NCBI GenBank assembly: GCA_046483985.1
Contig: JAWOCD010000011.1
Location: 1-64,000, forward strand
Origin: Promethearchaeia archaeon
GTDB lineage: Archaea; Asgardarchaeota; Lokiarchaeia; Sigyniarchaeales; SOKP01
Length of the DNA stretch: 64,000 nucleotides
Direction: 5' to 3'
In this document: piece by piece, positions 10,032 to 19,948 of the stretch
Position numbering within the stretch: position 1 is the first letter of the stretch
Layout: each line of letters starts with the position of its first letter
Translations under genes and position numbers: made by a program
Notes under the pieces: generated by a model
Databases searched by the model: none
Seen by the model: only the letters and a program-made list of their open reading frames with translations
What the model was told of the DNA's origin: nothing

Positions 10032-10829
10032 ATGGAAGATTTAAAAGACCAAATCGAGATGCTTAAGGATTCTGTGCGACTTAAGGATGATCAAATTCAA
10101 ACCATTAAAGATTCAATGAAATTGAAGAACGAACAAATTCAAACCCTTGAAAAGTCCATGAAGTTAAAGGAAGATAAAATTCAAACATTGGAAAAAACCA
10201 TAGAACTAAAAGAGCAGCAAATAAAGGATGCTGAAGGAAGTTCCGGAAAGACTCAAGAATTAGAAGAAAAAGAGGAGGAAATTACCGAATTGAAGCAACA
10301 AGTCGATATCTTAAATGAAGAACTATTAAAAGCAGATAAAGATATAGAAAATCTTGAGTTAGAAATTGAAGAATTACGAAGTGGCGCTCAATCCACGGGA
10401 GATTCGAAAATCCCGGATTTCACTGACATCGAAATTTCAAGGGAAGAAATCTTAAATAAAATGCGCGATATTCTCGGTAGAGCGCTTTCTAAAGTTACCT
10501 TAGTAGTTCCAACTATCACCGATTTAATGGACCTTCAGTTATACGATGTAAGGTCCTCGGTAAATCTAAAAATTTCTTGTCTAATAAATCCGGGTATTGA
10601 AGAACATTCTGCTTTGTTAGAAGAATTTGAAGTGTTAGATAACATATCATTACGCGCCTATGAAGAAAAAGATAGATATGTCATCATTCGGGATGGTGAA
10701 GAACTAATGATGGCTATAATTGGAAATAAACCCAATAATCACCTCGCATTTCATACTAAAGACGCGGCCCATATTAAATTTTTTAATTCCCTAGTTCTCG
10801 AGGCGTGGTTACGCAGCCGAAAAATATGA
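10032..10829 (+). CDS. Coiled-coil protein with 14-aa repeats and a C-terminal globular (TrmB/PLD-like?) domain
   Basis: LKDDQIQTIKDSMK / LKNEQIQTLEKSMK / LKEDKIQTLEKTIE repeats; C-terminal alpha/beta domain with YVIIRDGEELMMA. Confidence 0.65.
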   Translation: MEDLKDQIEMLKDSVRLKDDQIQTIKDSMKLKNEQIQTLEKSMKLKEDKIQTLEKTIELKEQQIKDAEGSSGKTQELEEKEEEITELKQQVDILNEELLKADKDIENLELEIEELRSGAQSTGDSKIPDFTDIEISREEILNKMRDILGRALSKVTLVVPTITDLMDLQLYDVRSSVNLKISCLINPGIEEHSALLEEFEVLDNISLRAYEEKDRYVIIRDGEELMMAIIGNKPNNHLAFHTKDAAHIKFFNSLVLEAWLRSRKI

Positions 10830-10926
10830 AAACGTTAAAATTCAATTAATTTTTTCTTTTTCTTTCACAAATAGATCAAAGAAATGATGATCGTTTATAA
10901 TTTATTTTATGACAGGGAATTTTAAA

Positions 10927-12336
10927 TTAACCCCTCAAGTCATATTCCCAGTTATCAATTTTATTGAGCAAAGCAAATTTACTATCCTCATCAACTGGTT
11001 CATTTGGCCCCTTTCTTCGAAATGCTGAGGCTTTATTTAAGAGTTTAAACAAGACCTTATGAAATTTTACAAAATTCTTTAACTTTTTACTTGCCGTATT
11101 CAATGATAAAGCAATATCCTCATTTGTTTCCGAGAGTTTTATATCAATTTCAAGATTATGCCATACATCAGAAATTCCTTTTATGTTTTGGATCTTTTGA
11201 GCGGCCAACTGCTGTTTTTTTGTACTTTTATCGGGTGACGGTTCTTTTTTCTGCTCTTTTATTTTTGGAGCAGACGTATCCTTTTGTGGAGGAGGTGTTA
11301 TTTCTGAGGCTTGTTCGGATGCCTGTGGGCTTGGTTGTACTTCTGATTCAGAAGTAGTAGGAATTTCTTCTTGTCCTTCTTGAGTTTCTGGTGGGGCTTG
11401 TTCTTGGGAAGTGACGGGTTTTTTTGTTGGTTGGGGTTGTGGGATCTCTGGTTGCTCTGCTGACGCTGATAACGCTGGTTCTGGTTGGTTTTTTGCTTGC
11501 AATTCTGGTTCTGGGGATGACGCCGGAGTGGAATGTGGTTGTGGGATCTCTGGTTGCTCTGCTGACGCTGAAGTAGATTTTGGACTTAAATCCTTGGTTC
11601 CAGTTGGTGTTTCCTGTTGTGAGACCTCCGCTGTAATCTCGCTCGCTCCAATACTTTCAGGAGGAGTTCCCTCTTCCACTTCAGTTTCCTTTAACGATTG
11701 GGAAGCAGGTTCTGGTTCTGGTATAGCCTCTGCTGCCTTTTCTTCACTTAATTTCTTTTCCGTTTTTGGAACAGTTTTTTGAGCTGGTTCAAGTGTTGGT
11801 TCGGCGAGTTTTTCTGTTGATTTCGCTTTGATCTCTTTTTCCTTCTTCTTTTCTTTCTCTTCTTTTTCCTTTTCTACTACTTCTTTCTCTTTCTCTTTGT
11901 CTTCCTCCTCTTCTTCGGTTAAAATCTCATCCAATGAGGGCAATTCATCTGCGGATCCAAATTCATCAAGACTGTCCTTTATTTCTTCCTTACTTTTTCC
12001 TTCGAACTTAGCTCCTAATACTTCAGCAATTTCATCCGTAGATGCTTTCTTTTTCTTGCCTTTTTCTTCGCCTTCCCCAGCAGCTGGAATTTGAAAACCG
12101 CCTACACTCATTTCTCTCAAACGTCTTTCCAAATTTTTGAATGATTGTTCCATTTTTGAATATAACTGTTTATTTTCGATAGTTTGCATACGAATTTTGC
12201 CGAGGAAATCCAAACCGTCCTTTACCCGGTTGAATGCGTCTTTAATTTCATTGAATTTTGAGATTAGGGTAAACATTTTTTCTTGGAACCGTTCTTGGAA
12301 ATCCTCAATAATTTTTTTTACTTCTTCTTCCGACAT
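10927..12336 (-). CDS. Hypothetical protein: N-terminal coiled coil, long E/P/K/Q-rich disordered linker, C-terminal helical domain
   Basis: Long ORF with compositionally biased centre; likely start MSEEE at 12336. Confidence 0.75.
   Translation of the reverse strand: MSEEEVKKIIEDFQERFQEKMFTLISKFNEIKDAFNRVKDGLDFLGKIRMQTIENKQLYSKMEQSFKNLERRLREMSVGGFQIPAAGEGEEKGKKKKASTDEIAEVLGAKFEGKSKEEIKDSLDEFGSADELPSLDEILTEEEEEDKEKEKEVVEKEKEEKEKKKEKEIKAKSTEKLAEPTLEPAQKTVPKTEKKLSEEKAAEAIPEPEPASQSLKETEVEEGTPPESIGASEITAEVSQQETPTGTKDLSPKSTSASAEQPEIPQPHSTPASSPEPELQAKNQPEPALSASAEQPEIPQPQPTKKPVTSQEQAPPETQEGQEEIPTTSESEVQPSPQASEQASEITPPPQKDTSAPKIKEQKKEPSPDKSTKKQQLAAQKIQNIKGISDVWHNLEIDIKLSETNEDIALSLNTASKKLKNFVKFHKVLFKLLNKASAFRRKGPNEPVDEDSKFALLNKIDNWEYDLRG
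11435..11571. repeat. Exact 35-bp direct repeat (11435-11469 and 11537-11571) inside the CDS
   Basis: ggttgtgggatctctggttgctctgctgacgctga occurs twice, 102 bp apart, encoding SASAEQPEIPQP twice. Confidence 0.95.
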
Positions 12337-12374
12337 TTTTAACAACTCTCTTCGTTATGCTCTCCTTTGGGTGA

Positions 12375-12614
12375 TTATAATCTATTAAGCCTATCCATTA
12401 GTTCATTCATGGTTTCTTCAATAGTTTTAAGGCGTTTACTCTGTTTATCATAATTCTTTTTCATTTTTTTCAGAAAATCGGTGTTTTCCGCCATCTCCAC
12501 TGCTTCTTTACTTAAATCCGTCAATTTTTGGAGTAAATCTCCGGTGATATTATCCAAACTTTTCTCAAACATCGTTAAATTTGACTCAAACTCTTTAAGA
12601 ATTTGTTCATCCAT
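12375..12614 (-). CDS. Small coiled-coil hypothetical protein
   Basis: Heptad-rich ORF directly upstream of and co-oriented with 10927-12336; likely start MDEQ. Confidence 0.65.
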   Translation of the reverse strand: MDEQILKEFESNLTMFEKSLDNITGDLLQKLTDLSKEAVEMAENTDFLKKMKKNYDKQSKRLKTIEETMNELMDRLNRL

Positions 12615-12751
12615 TTTACAGCAACTCAATTAGGTGTTTTTTAAAATATCTTACTTACTAATCTTACAAAAATATTCTTCCAAATAAAATTTAATCTTTT
12701 ACCTAAATAAAATTTCGTATTCTCTCGCAAAAAATAAAATAAAAAAGTAAT

Positions 12752-13465
12752 TTATGTTTTTGGAAAAAACCGTTTAAACCCTAAACTAAAGATGGAATTA
12801 CCACTAATCAGTAGGAGGGGAGCCAGTATTCTGATAACAACTTCGGGATTTTCTTGTTCCAGACTCCACATAAAATATGCCGTTTCGGGTAAATCTATCA
12901 TGACTGCGATAACAAAAATCAACATCCCTACCGAGATCATAATACAGCCATTCCTTACCGGTCCAGAAGGTGTTTTCCGCGCTAAATTTAAGAATAGTAG
13001 CGGCATAAAAAAGCCAGCAATAAAGAACAGTATAACAGCAGTCCAATATGTGATCTCGTTAAAAAAGAAATAATTAACAATCGAAACCGTTCCCTCAAGG
13101 ATGGAGACAATGGTAAGAATATATCGATTTTTCTTAAAAATAAATTTCTCTATATTAAAATACATTACCGCGATGCCGATCCAAGCTATAAAATAGTAGA
13201 AAAACCTGAGCCAGAAGTTTAGGCCTGTGATTTGATCTCCATTTACCCAAGCATCAAACACATCACCATAATACCCAATAAAATAACGTCTGATATTTTC
13301 TATCAGACGGGCTACACCGTACGAGGCCATAAAAATTGCAAGACCTAAAAAGAATGGTCTTGAAAGTGTTTTTCTCCGTTTATATTGAACAAGAAACATA
13401 ATCATCAAAGAAAAACAAAGTATTACGGCAAAATACCATAGGACTAATTCTATTAATTCGAACAT
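12752..13465 (-). CDS. Standalone seven-transmembrane membrane protein
   Basis: About seven hydrophobic segments and no soluble output domain; likely start MFELIE. Confidence 0.7.
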   Translation of the reverse strand: MFELIELVLWYFAVILCFSLMIMFLVQYKRRKTLSRPFFLGLAIFMASYGVARLIENIRRYFIGYYGDVFDAWVNGDQITGLNFWLRFFYYFIAWIGIAVMYFNIEKFIFKKNRYILTIVSILEGTVSIVNYFFFNEITYWTAVILFFIAGFFMPLLFLNLARKTPSGPVRNGCIMISVGMLIFVIAVMIDLPETAYFMWSLEQENPEVVIRILAPLLLISGNSIFSLGFKRFFPKT

Positions 13466-13538
13466 TTTAAAGAAACCATAATTTTTCAAAATAATTTCGA
13501 TGTTTAATAAAAAAATTGGTTCTTAATTAGGGTTTTGA

Positions 13539-14816
13539 CTATTTTTTGATTTCATTGAGAAGTGATAAGGCCGAATCATAATTTGGGTCAAGGACTAACG
13601 CCTGTTCAAGACATTGTTTCGCTTTCTCATTATTCCCTTTCTTGAGATAGGTTTTTCCAAGATGCAACCAAATAGATTTTTTATCTCCTTTAATTTCTAT
13701 TGCTTTTTTCAGAAATTTTACTGATTGATCGAAGCGTCCCTTATCGTAAAATGCTGAGGCGATGGTTACATATGTATCGACATAATTGGGATTTAATTTT
13801 AATGCCTTTTTCCCATATTGAATTGCTTGATCATAGGACTCTGTTTCAATCAAACACGTTGCTAAATTCGTCAATATTCTAGGGTTTTTTGGATTTTGAG
13901 CCAAAGCGCGTTGATACTGTTCTATTGCTTTTTGATAATTGTTTTGTTTTTGAAAAGCTTGTCCTTTATTAAACAATGCGAATTCATACTGGGGATCAAT
14001 TTGGAGTGCGTGATCATAAGCATTTAAAGCGTTCATGTACTCTTTCTTGAGAAAATAACAATAACCAAGCCCATTCCAAGCATTTTTGAAATTTTCATCA
14101 AGTTCCAATGCGTTTCGAAAATGGTCAATCGCTTTTTCATAATCCTTTTTTTCTTGATATGCATAAGCAATATTCACGTGGGCTTGTATATAGTCTTTAT
14201 CTAATTCCAAAGCCTTTATAAAGTATTCTATTGCTGAATCAAAGTGTCCCATCTGGAAATAAGACAACCCTGCGTTGTACCAGACGATCTTATCCTTTTT
14301 ATCAAATGCTAAAATCTTCTCATATGTCTTTAGGGCTTTTGAAAATTTTCTTGCTTTATTATAGATTATCCCTAAATTCAGCAAAGTCCGCTTATGTTGC
14401 GGGTAAATATCTATAATTTTTTGATAAATTTGAACTGCCTTTTGAAATTTTCCTTGTCTATGGAAAACTTGGGCCTTGAAAAACAAGGCGTCTTTTTGTT
14501 CTGGTTCTTTTTCTAAAATTTCATTACATTGCTTCACGACCTTTTTCAAGTTTCTTTTTTTAAGGTTTTCTTTTATCTTGTTGAACTTTAGTCGGAAGGT
14601 TAGATTTTTTATTCGTTTTAAATATTGATTAATTTTTGTTCTACATTGCTCAGTTAAATCTTGATTGGTGGATTTTTTTACAAAATGTGAAAGTAGATCT
14701 GAAGCCTCTTGATATTTGTCTATTGCATCTCTAATTTTTCCACTGGCATCAAGCTCAGTCGCATTTTGAGCAATTTTTACTGCTTTTTTAAAAACATCAT
14801 TATCCGGAGTTCTCAT
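13539..14816 (-). CDS. MIT-domain + TPR-repeat protein
   Basis: N-terminal AVKIAQNATELD..G..AIDKYQEA..L...KINQYLKRIKNL is an MIT three-helix pattern; about ten 34-aa TPRs follow. Confidence 0.85.
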   Translation of the reverse strand: MRTPDNDVFKKAVKIAQNATELDASGKIRDAIDKYQEASDLLSHFVKKSTNQDLTEQCRTKINQYLKRIKNLTFRLKFNKIKENLKKRNLKKVVKQCNEILEKEPEQKDALFFKAQVFHRQGKFQKAVQIYQKIIDIYPQHKRTLLNLGIIYNKARKFSKALKTYEKILAFDKKDKIVWYNAGLSYFQMGHFDSAIEYFIKALELDKDYIQAHVNIAYAYQEKKDYEKAIDHFRNALELDENFKNAWNGLGYCYFLKKEYMNALNAYDHALQIDPQYEFALFNKGQAFQKQNNYQKAIEQYQRALAQNPKNPRILTNLATCLIETESYDQAIQYGKKALKLNPNYVDTYVTIASAFYDKGRFDQSVKFLKKAIEIKGDKKSIWLHLGKTYLKKGNNEKAKQCLEQALVLDPNYDSALSLLNEIKK

Positions 14817-14879
14817 TATTGTTTACCCTCTTTTTAAATCGTATAATAAAAAGAAAGAGTTGAATCGTTAAATTTTTAA

Positions 14880-16304
14880 TTATTGCTGTAGATAAAGAAA
14901 TCGCTCAAGATAGAACATCCACACTTGGGCGAAATTATTATTCACTAGGAAATCGCTCGCGTGCGTTGCAAAAGGAAATTCAATCCGGATACAATTGACT
15001 CCCTTATCTTCTAAAGCAATTTCTATGTCCTTACTTTCTTGGGGATCAACTAAGCCATCTTGTAAACCGTGATAGATTAGTGCAGCGCTGTCATTTTGGT
15101 CTGCGAGATTACTGGGGGTAAATTTCTCAAAAGCAAGCGGATTTGATTGGGGTGTACCAGGAATTAACTCCTTTCTGTCACCCGAACTAATCCTTTCTGC
15201 GTCATTTGCCGGATAAATAGGGACGGTTCCTTTAATCGTAATGGCATTACTGAAATTACCACTAAAATAGGGATCGTTATACCCTAGTCCTGAAATTGCA
15301 GTTAAATGGCCCCCCGCTGAACCGCCCATAATAAATACAGAATCCAAACGGGATTGATATTCATCGGCTAAATTCTCTTCCAATTGGTGGGTAAAGTATC
15401 CAATGTGGGATACCATATCGTGTAGGGTAAAATTACCCCGTACATGCTCCGGAGTGGGCAGAGTTGGATCTTCCCCATGATCATATAATCCATATTGAAT
15501 ATCAAATACGATATATCCTTGTGAAGCCAGGTATTTATTCACGGGGATCATATTTGCTAATCCTTTATCTCCTTCCGTCCAGCCGCCGCCATGTATCTTT
15601 ATGATGGTGCTATTGCCTCCCGGGAGCTCTCGCTCGGTGGCTTTTGGATAATAGACATCGAACATAAGATAGATATTCTCATCTCTGTAATACTCTCTAT
15701 CTGTTTGTAGATTACATTCTTTTTGAGGGATTCCTAAATAATAATTCAAAAGGTTAAATTGAGTTCCCATAAATGATCTCTGGATGTTCTGAGGGATCGT
15801 TGAGTCCCACTTCGGTCCATATGCTTCCTCAAATTCTCGTTCGGCATTTTGGACTGACAGCGGAGTTGTTGCAAGGGGGAATGCATTAACAATAGCTAAA
15901 ATTAAGCCAAACACTAAAATTACCTTCTTTATCATTTCTATTTGATTTGTATGCGGTTTTTCTCTTTCTCTATCCGAAAATTCTGAATAGACAGAGGGAA
16001 AAACTTTGATTATAAGAAGAGCTGCGAGAAGGTAAATAAAGATTAAAAATCCGGAAATTTGACTCGCTCCAGTAGAAATTGTATTTGAAATTCCCCCAAA
16101 AGAGATAAACAAACACAGACTAGCATAGACGCCAAATCCAAGAGTGATAAATCCCAGTATCAGCAAGATAAATTTAAGGTAAAATCGAAATCCCCGCCCG
16201 TTTCCTTGCGATTTATATTTAAACTTCTTTCCTTTTGATTTTTTCGCTTTTTTCGATGGAGTCTTTGAATCCTCCTGTTTTCCCTCGGTTGTTTCTTCAC
16301 TCAA
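14880..16304 (-). CDS. Membrane-anchored alpha/beta hydrolase (HSL-type esterase/lipase)
   Basis: Three N-terminal TM segments; HGGGW, GGSAGG nucleophile elbow, HGLQDGLV, ATH. Confidence 0.88.
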   Translation of the reverse strand: MSEETTEGKQEDSKTPSKKAKKSKGKKFKYKSQGNGRGFRFYLKFILLILGFITLGFGVYASLCLFISFGGISNTISTGASQISGFLIFIYLLAALLIIKVFPSVYSEFSDREREKPHTNQIEMIKKVILVFGLILAIVNAFPLATTPLSVQNAEREFEEAYGPKWDSTIPQNIQRSFMGTQFNLLNYYLGIPQKECNLQTDREYYRDENIYLMFDVYYPKATERELPGGNSTIIKIHGGGWTEGDKGLANMIPVNKYLASQGYIVFDIQYGLYDHGEDPTLPTPEHVRGNFTLHDMVSHIGYFTHQLEENLADEYQSRLDSVFIMGGSAGGHLTAISGLGYNDPYFSGNFSNAITIKGTVPIYPANDAERISSGDRKELIPGTPQSNPLAFEKFTPSNLADQNDSAALIYHGLQDGLVDPQESKDIEIALEDKGVNCIRIEFPFATHASDFLVNNNFAQVWMFYLERFLYLQQ

Positions 16305-16761
16305 AGTTAAACACCTCTCGTTTATCGATTGTTAATAATGTCAAGATAGAAAAGAAGATGCCGAGCACGGCAACTCCTATAAGTCCGACGGAGATATTCA
16401 CATGGTATAAAATTGTCCCGATCATATAGAATTCTCCCTTTAAAATAATGCTCTGAAAGACTACCCCCATAAAGATGAGGAATACCGCCGCGATGAAAAA
16501 TACAATAAAATAATAGGAATATCTGTTTATTATTTTACCAATTTTATTCGTTTTAACGAGGGTTTTATCTAATTCATAAATTAAATACAGATTCATAAGC
16601 CAACTAAGAATTAACAAAATTCCAGCAAAATCAAAGAAAGGATTATAGGTTGAAATTACTTGAAACGCAATACCAAAACACAAGGTTAACAGATTCAAAG
16701 CAACCAAACTTTTACAGAACCGTATGAACCACGTTTTTTTAGAATTTCTCAATGAGACCAT
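16297..16761 (-). CDS. Four-TM membrane protein, overlapping the hydrolase start
   Basis: Four hydrophobic stretches; 8-bp overlap with the downstream gene. Confidence 0.7.
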   Translation of the reverse strand: MVSLRNSKKTWFIRFCKSLVALNLLTLCFGIAFQVISTYNPFFDFAGILLILSWLMNLYLIYELDKTLVKTNKIGKIINRYSYYFIVFFIAAVFLIFMGVVFQSIILKGEFYMIGTILYHVNISVGLIGVAVLGIFFSILTLLTIDKREVFNFE

Positions 16762-16988
16762 TTTAATCAGTAATTGATTTTTTTAAATGTATAAATATAT
16801 TAATATTACGTCTTCATGTTATTTTAAATTTCAAATTTTAATTTTACCTTCATTTTTAAATCATTAGTTGGCAGTTTATATCAATGCATGAAATAGTCTC
16901 TAACGTAATACAAATATTAAAAAGAAGGTTTTTACTATTATTATTAATTTTAAGAATTAATCTCTTTACAATATAAAATATTTTAATA

Positions 16989-17909
16989 ATGACGGAAAAA
17001 GAAACAAACAACTCATTTTCTGAAAAAGTTAAAAATTATATTATAAATCTCTTTGATTTTTCGGAATTTGATCGAAAAACCATCGTGTATATAATAATTT
17101 TTATTATATTATTCGTAGTCTCAGTTTCCTTATTATATTATATGTATTTTATTGACGAAACTCTACTATATCGGCTTGTAATCAACCTATTTGTTAACCC
17201 AATTTTTCATATAGGGTTTTGGGGAATATTTCTATTTCTTGCGGTTATGTCTTTACAAGGAATATTAGTCCCAATTCCATCAGCGATTGTAACATTAGCC
17301 GCGGGGATATTATGGGGTTTTTGGTGGGGTGGCGTATTGGGTGTTATTGGATCTATGTGCGCAGCTACATTATGCTACTACATCTCAAAGAAAGGAGGTC
17401 GCCCTTTAGCTGAAAAGTTTGTGGGAAAGTCAACCATTGATATGACCGATAAATTGATAGAAAAATATGGGACAGGAGCTATATTAATAACAAGATTAAT
17501 CCCTTTTATCTCCTTTGACGCTATTAGCTATACTGCTGGTATTGTAGATTTGAACATTAAAAAATATATCATTGCTACTTTTATAGGGTCAATTCCCAGA
17601 GTCTTTTTTTATACATGGTTAGGATCCATAATGAATATTGAACCCCCCGTAAATCTCTTAGAACTTCCTTTGAGTGAAATTGAAGCCCGTGCGAGGGAAT
17701 TCAATCTTATATTATCTATTGTTGTGGTCGTTATTTCTGTACTGTTCATTGCCTACATATTATACTCAAAAATTCAAGAAAAAAGGATGGGTAAAAGGGT
17801 TAAGGAACCAGCTATGGAGAATGAAGGAAAAACAAAAACCACCAACATTAATGGTAAAAGTAATAAAACGGATCAAGAAGAAGGTTCAAGAGCGCCACCC
17901 GATATTTGA
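16989..17909 (+). CDS. DedA/TVP38/TMEM64 (VTT domain) membrane protein
   Basis: VPIPSAIVTLAAG..G, ITRLIPFISFDAISYTAG, ATFIGSIPR. Confidence 0.9.
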   Translation: MTEKETNNSFSEKVKNYIINLFDFSEFDRKTIVYIIIFIILFVVSVSLLYYMYFIDETLLYRLVINLFVNPIFHIGFWGIFLFLAVMSLQGILVPIPSAIVTLAAGILWGFWWGGVLGVIGSMCAATLCYYISKKGGRPLAEKFVGKSTIDMTDKLIEKYGTGAILITRLIPFISFDAISYTAGIVDLNIKKYIIATFIGSIPRVFFYTWLGSIMNIEPPVNLLELPLSEIEARAREFNLILSIVVVVISVLFIAYILYSKIQEKRMGKRVKEPAMENEGKTKTTNINGKSNKTDQEEGSRAPPDI

Positions 17910-18135
17910 ACAGCGGTCGACAGAACGTAAGGAGAGCGCAACCGTGAATGCTCGATCGACGCTATCAGATATTGCGGATCTTGCCCGACCGGCTCGCCGC
18001 GGTCTGGCAGGTCAACACCGCTTCCTTTTCATTGGCTTGTCTGGTGCAGGCAAAATAATAGCTTCTTCGGCCTTGGCGGAGCAACTGAAGATGGAAATGA
18101 CTCGCCCGTATGTTTGATCGCACCGAAAACCAGTG
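17870..18135 (+). pseudogene. GC-rich foreign fragment with a degenerate AAA-type P-loop
   Basis: About 54% GC by hand count over 17881-18120 against an AT-rich background; one frame reads FLFIGLSGAGKIIASSALAEQLKME. Confidence 0.45.
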
Positions 18136-18186
18136 CTTTCTTGCACTTTAGTGATAAAATAAATAGAAAAAAAATATAAAAGATCT

Positions 18187-19008
18187 TTATTTTAAGTAGT
18201 ATTTTTTGTATAAAAGAATCATCACAAGTGAAGGAATAGCCGTAGAAAATAATACATCAGAGGCAAAATGGGCAGTCACGACCACTCTAGATGCTCCCAC
18301 AAGCAATCCCCAGAAAATGACTCCAATCCACGTCATAATTTTAACTGGATCCTTCCACTCTCGGTCTTTCACCAGCAGGAGAATCGGTAGTAACATCCAT
18401 CCCATTGATGTGTGGCCACTTGGAAAAGATTTGTTTCCGGTCACACCATTTATAACGAACCACGGTGTAAATAATTCTTCATTTCCTCCTAATACATGCC
18501 GAGGTCGAACTCTCCCCCATAAGAGTTTCATGGTTTGCACGGTTATTAACGGGTAGATGATGGCTAACAACACCACCACAATAGCAAAAGTTCGATAATT
18601 ATTCCAGTCCTTATTCATGGTGATAAGAGAAAATAAGACTATGGAAACGCCTATTGCTCCTCCCACATGGATTGAAGAATCATCACCTATAATAAGACCT
18701 ATAATCATGATAATAAACCCGATTACTGCCAATACAAGCGGGGCCTTTTTTTGAGACTTTATATCGTCCGTGTTTTTAGAGGTTTTAATTCCAAGTAAGA
18801 TAGCAATGCCAATGGCAATTAAACCGTATCCTGGTATTTCACCATAGTCTGCACCAAAATTCCCCCACACAGATTCAGTATTCATAACTGCTTTGGTTAT
18901 TGCTAAATCCGTAAACCCGAAAATAATTGCTAAAATAATCCACGGAATAATGACAATCAAGAGCATCTTGGCTATGACAGATTCTTTTATTTTATCGCTT
19001 AGACTCAT
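18187..19008 (-). CDS. PAP2-family membrane phosphatase
   Basis: KLLWGRVRP, SFPSGH, SRVVVTAHFASD motifs. Confidence 0.92.
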   Translation of the reverse strand: MSLSDKIKESVIAKMLLIVIIPWIILAIIFGFTDLAITKAVMNTESVWGNFGADYGEIPGYGLIAIGIAILLGIKTSKNTDDIKSQKKAPLVLAVIGFIIMIIGLIIGDDSSIHVGGAIGVSIVLFSLITMNKDWNNYRTFAIVVVLLAIIYPLITVQTMKLLWGRVRPRHVLGGNEELFTPWFVINGVTGNKSFPSGHTSMGWMLLPILLLVKDREWKDPVKIMTWIGVIFWGLLVGASRVVVTAHFASDVLFSTAIPSLVMILLYKKYYLK

Positions 19009-19177
19009 ATTTATACCTTTTTATTGATTATGTAATAATAATATTCTGTATTTTACTTTAATGTTATTAGGATTTAAAATTTATTATTATATTACTTACT
19101 TCAATGCTGACCAAAAATAATAAATCTCAATTCATTCAATTAATTGTTAAAAACTTTTTTCTCAGAGAAAACTAAGC

Positions 19178-19948
19178 ATGAAAACAAAATCTAATACGGA
19201 TATAGAGCAATTTTTCGAAGATAAACCTTACATCTTCGCGCATCGGGGTGCAATGGGATATGAAGTGGAAAACACCATGGAGTCCTTTAAAAAGGCTTTG
19301 GATATGCGAGTGGGGATTGAAACAGATGTACGCCTTACTAAGGATAAGAAACTCGTCTGTTTTCATGATAAGAGTTTTAAGATTAATGAGAGATGGCATT
19401 CCGTCAAAAGAAGTACCTTAAAGGAGCTTCGTGGATATAATTTTAAAGATGACCGTTATATTCCCACCATTAAAGAAGTGTTTGAAGAATTTCAATATTG
19501 TTCCATTTTGCGATATAGTATAGATATAAGTAATAGTCGGGCAGGAAAAAGGCTCATTGATATAGCCAAGGAATTTAATATCTTGAATCGGATTGAGATC
19601 ACCGATACTCGATTGCGAGTTTTAGAAAAGTTAAGAAACTATGATAATAAGGTAAAATTAGTACATACAGTTCCACCTATAGTACAGAAGGTTAAAGATG
19701 ATAATGTAGAATTCCAAAAATTAAAAGATTTAAGTATTGACACACTTAATATTCAATATATCCGTGCGGACGAAGAGAATTTTGAGTTAATCGTTGATCA
19801 TGGGTTCCACTGTTATGTCTGGGGCGTAAATCGATCGGTATGGATGAAGCGAATACTAAAACTCAGACATCACGGTGAGTTTGTTAGAGCTCTCTACAGT
19901 AATTACCCAGACAAGCTGAAACGGTTAAGAAAAGAATGTTTTGGCTAA
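19178..19948 (+). CDS. Glycerophosphodiester phosphodiesterase family protein
   Basis: AHRGA..ENT, ETDVRLTKD..VCFHD, SNYPD. Confidence 0.9.
   Translation: MKTKSNTDIEQFFEDKPYIFAHRGAMGYEVENTMESFKKALDMRVGIETDVRLTKDKKLVCFHDKSFKINERWHSVKRSTLKELRGYNFKDDRYIPTIKEVFEEFQYCSILRYSIDISNSRAGKRLIDIAKEFNILNRIEITDTRLRVLEKLRNYDNKVKLVHTVPPIVQKVKDDNVEFQKLKDLSIDTLNIQYIRADEENFELIVDHGFHCYVWGVNRSVWMKRILKLRHHGEFVRALYSNYPDKLKRLRKECFG

Noticed and set aside
11435-11571. 35-bp repeat as a mini CRISPR array
   Set aside because: Only two copies, in frame within a CDS, a 67-bp interval, and no cas genes.
17674-18117. 147-aa ORF as a real gene
   Set aside because: It overlaps DedA out of frame; only its 3' part resembles a decayed ATPase fragment.
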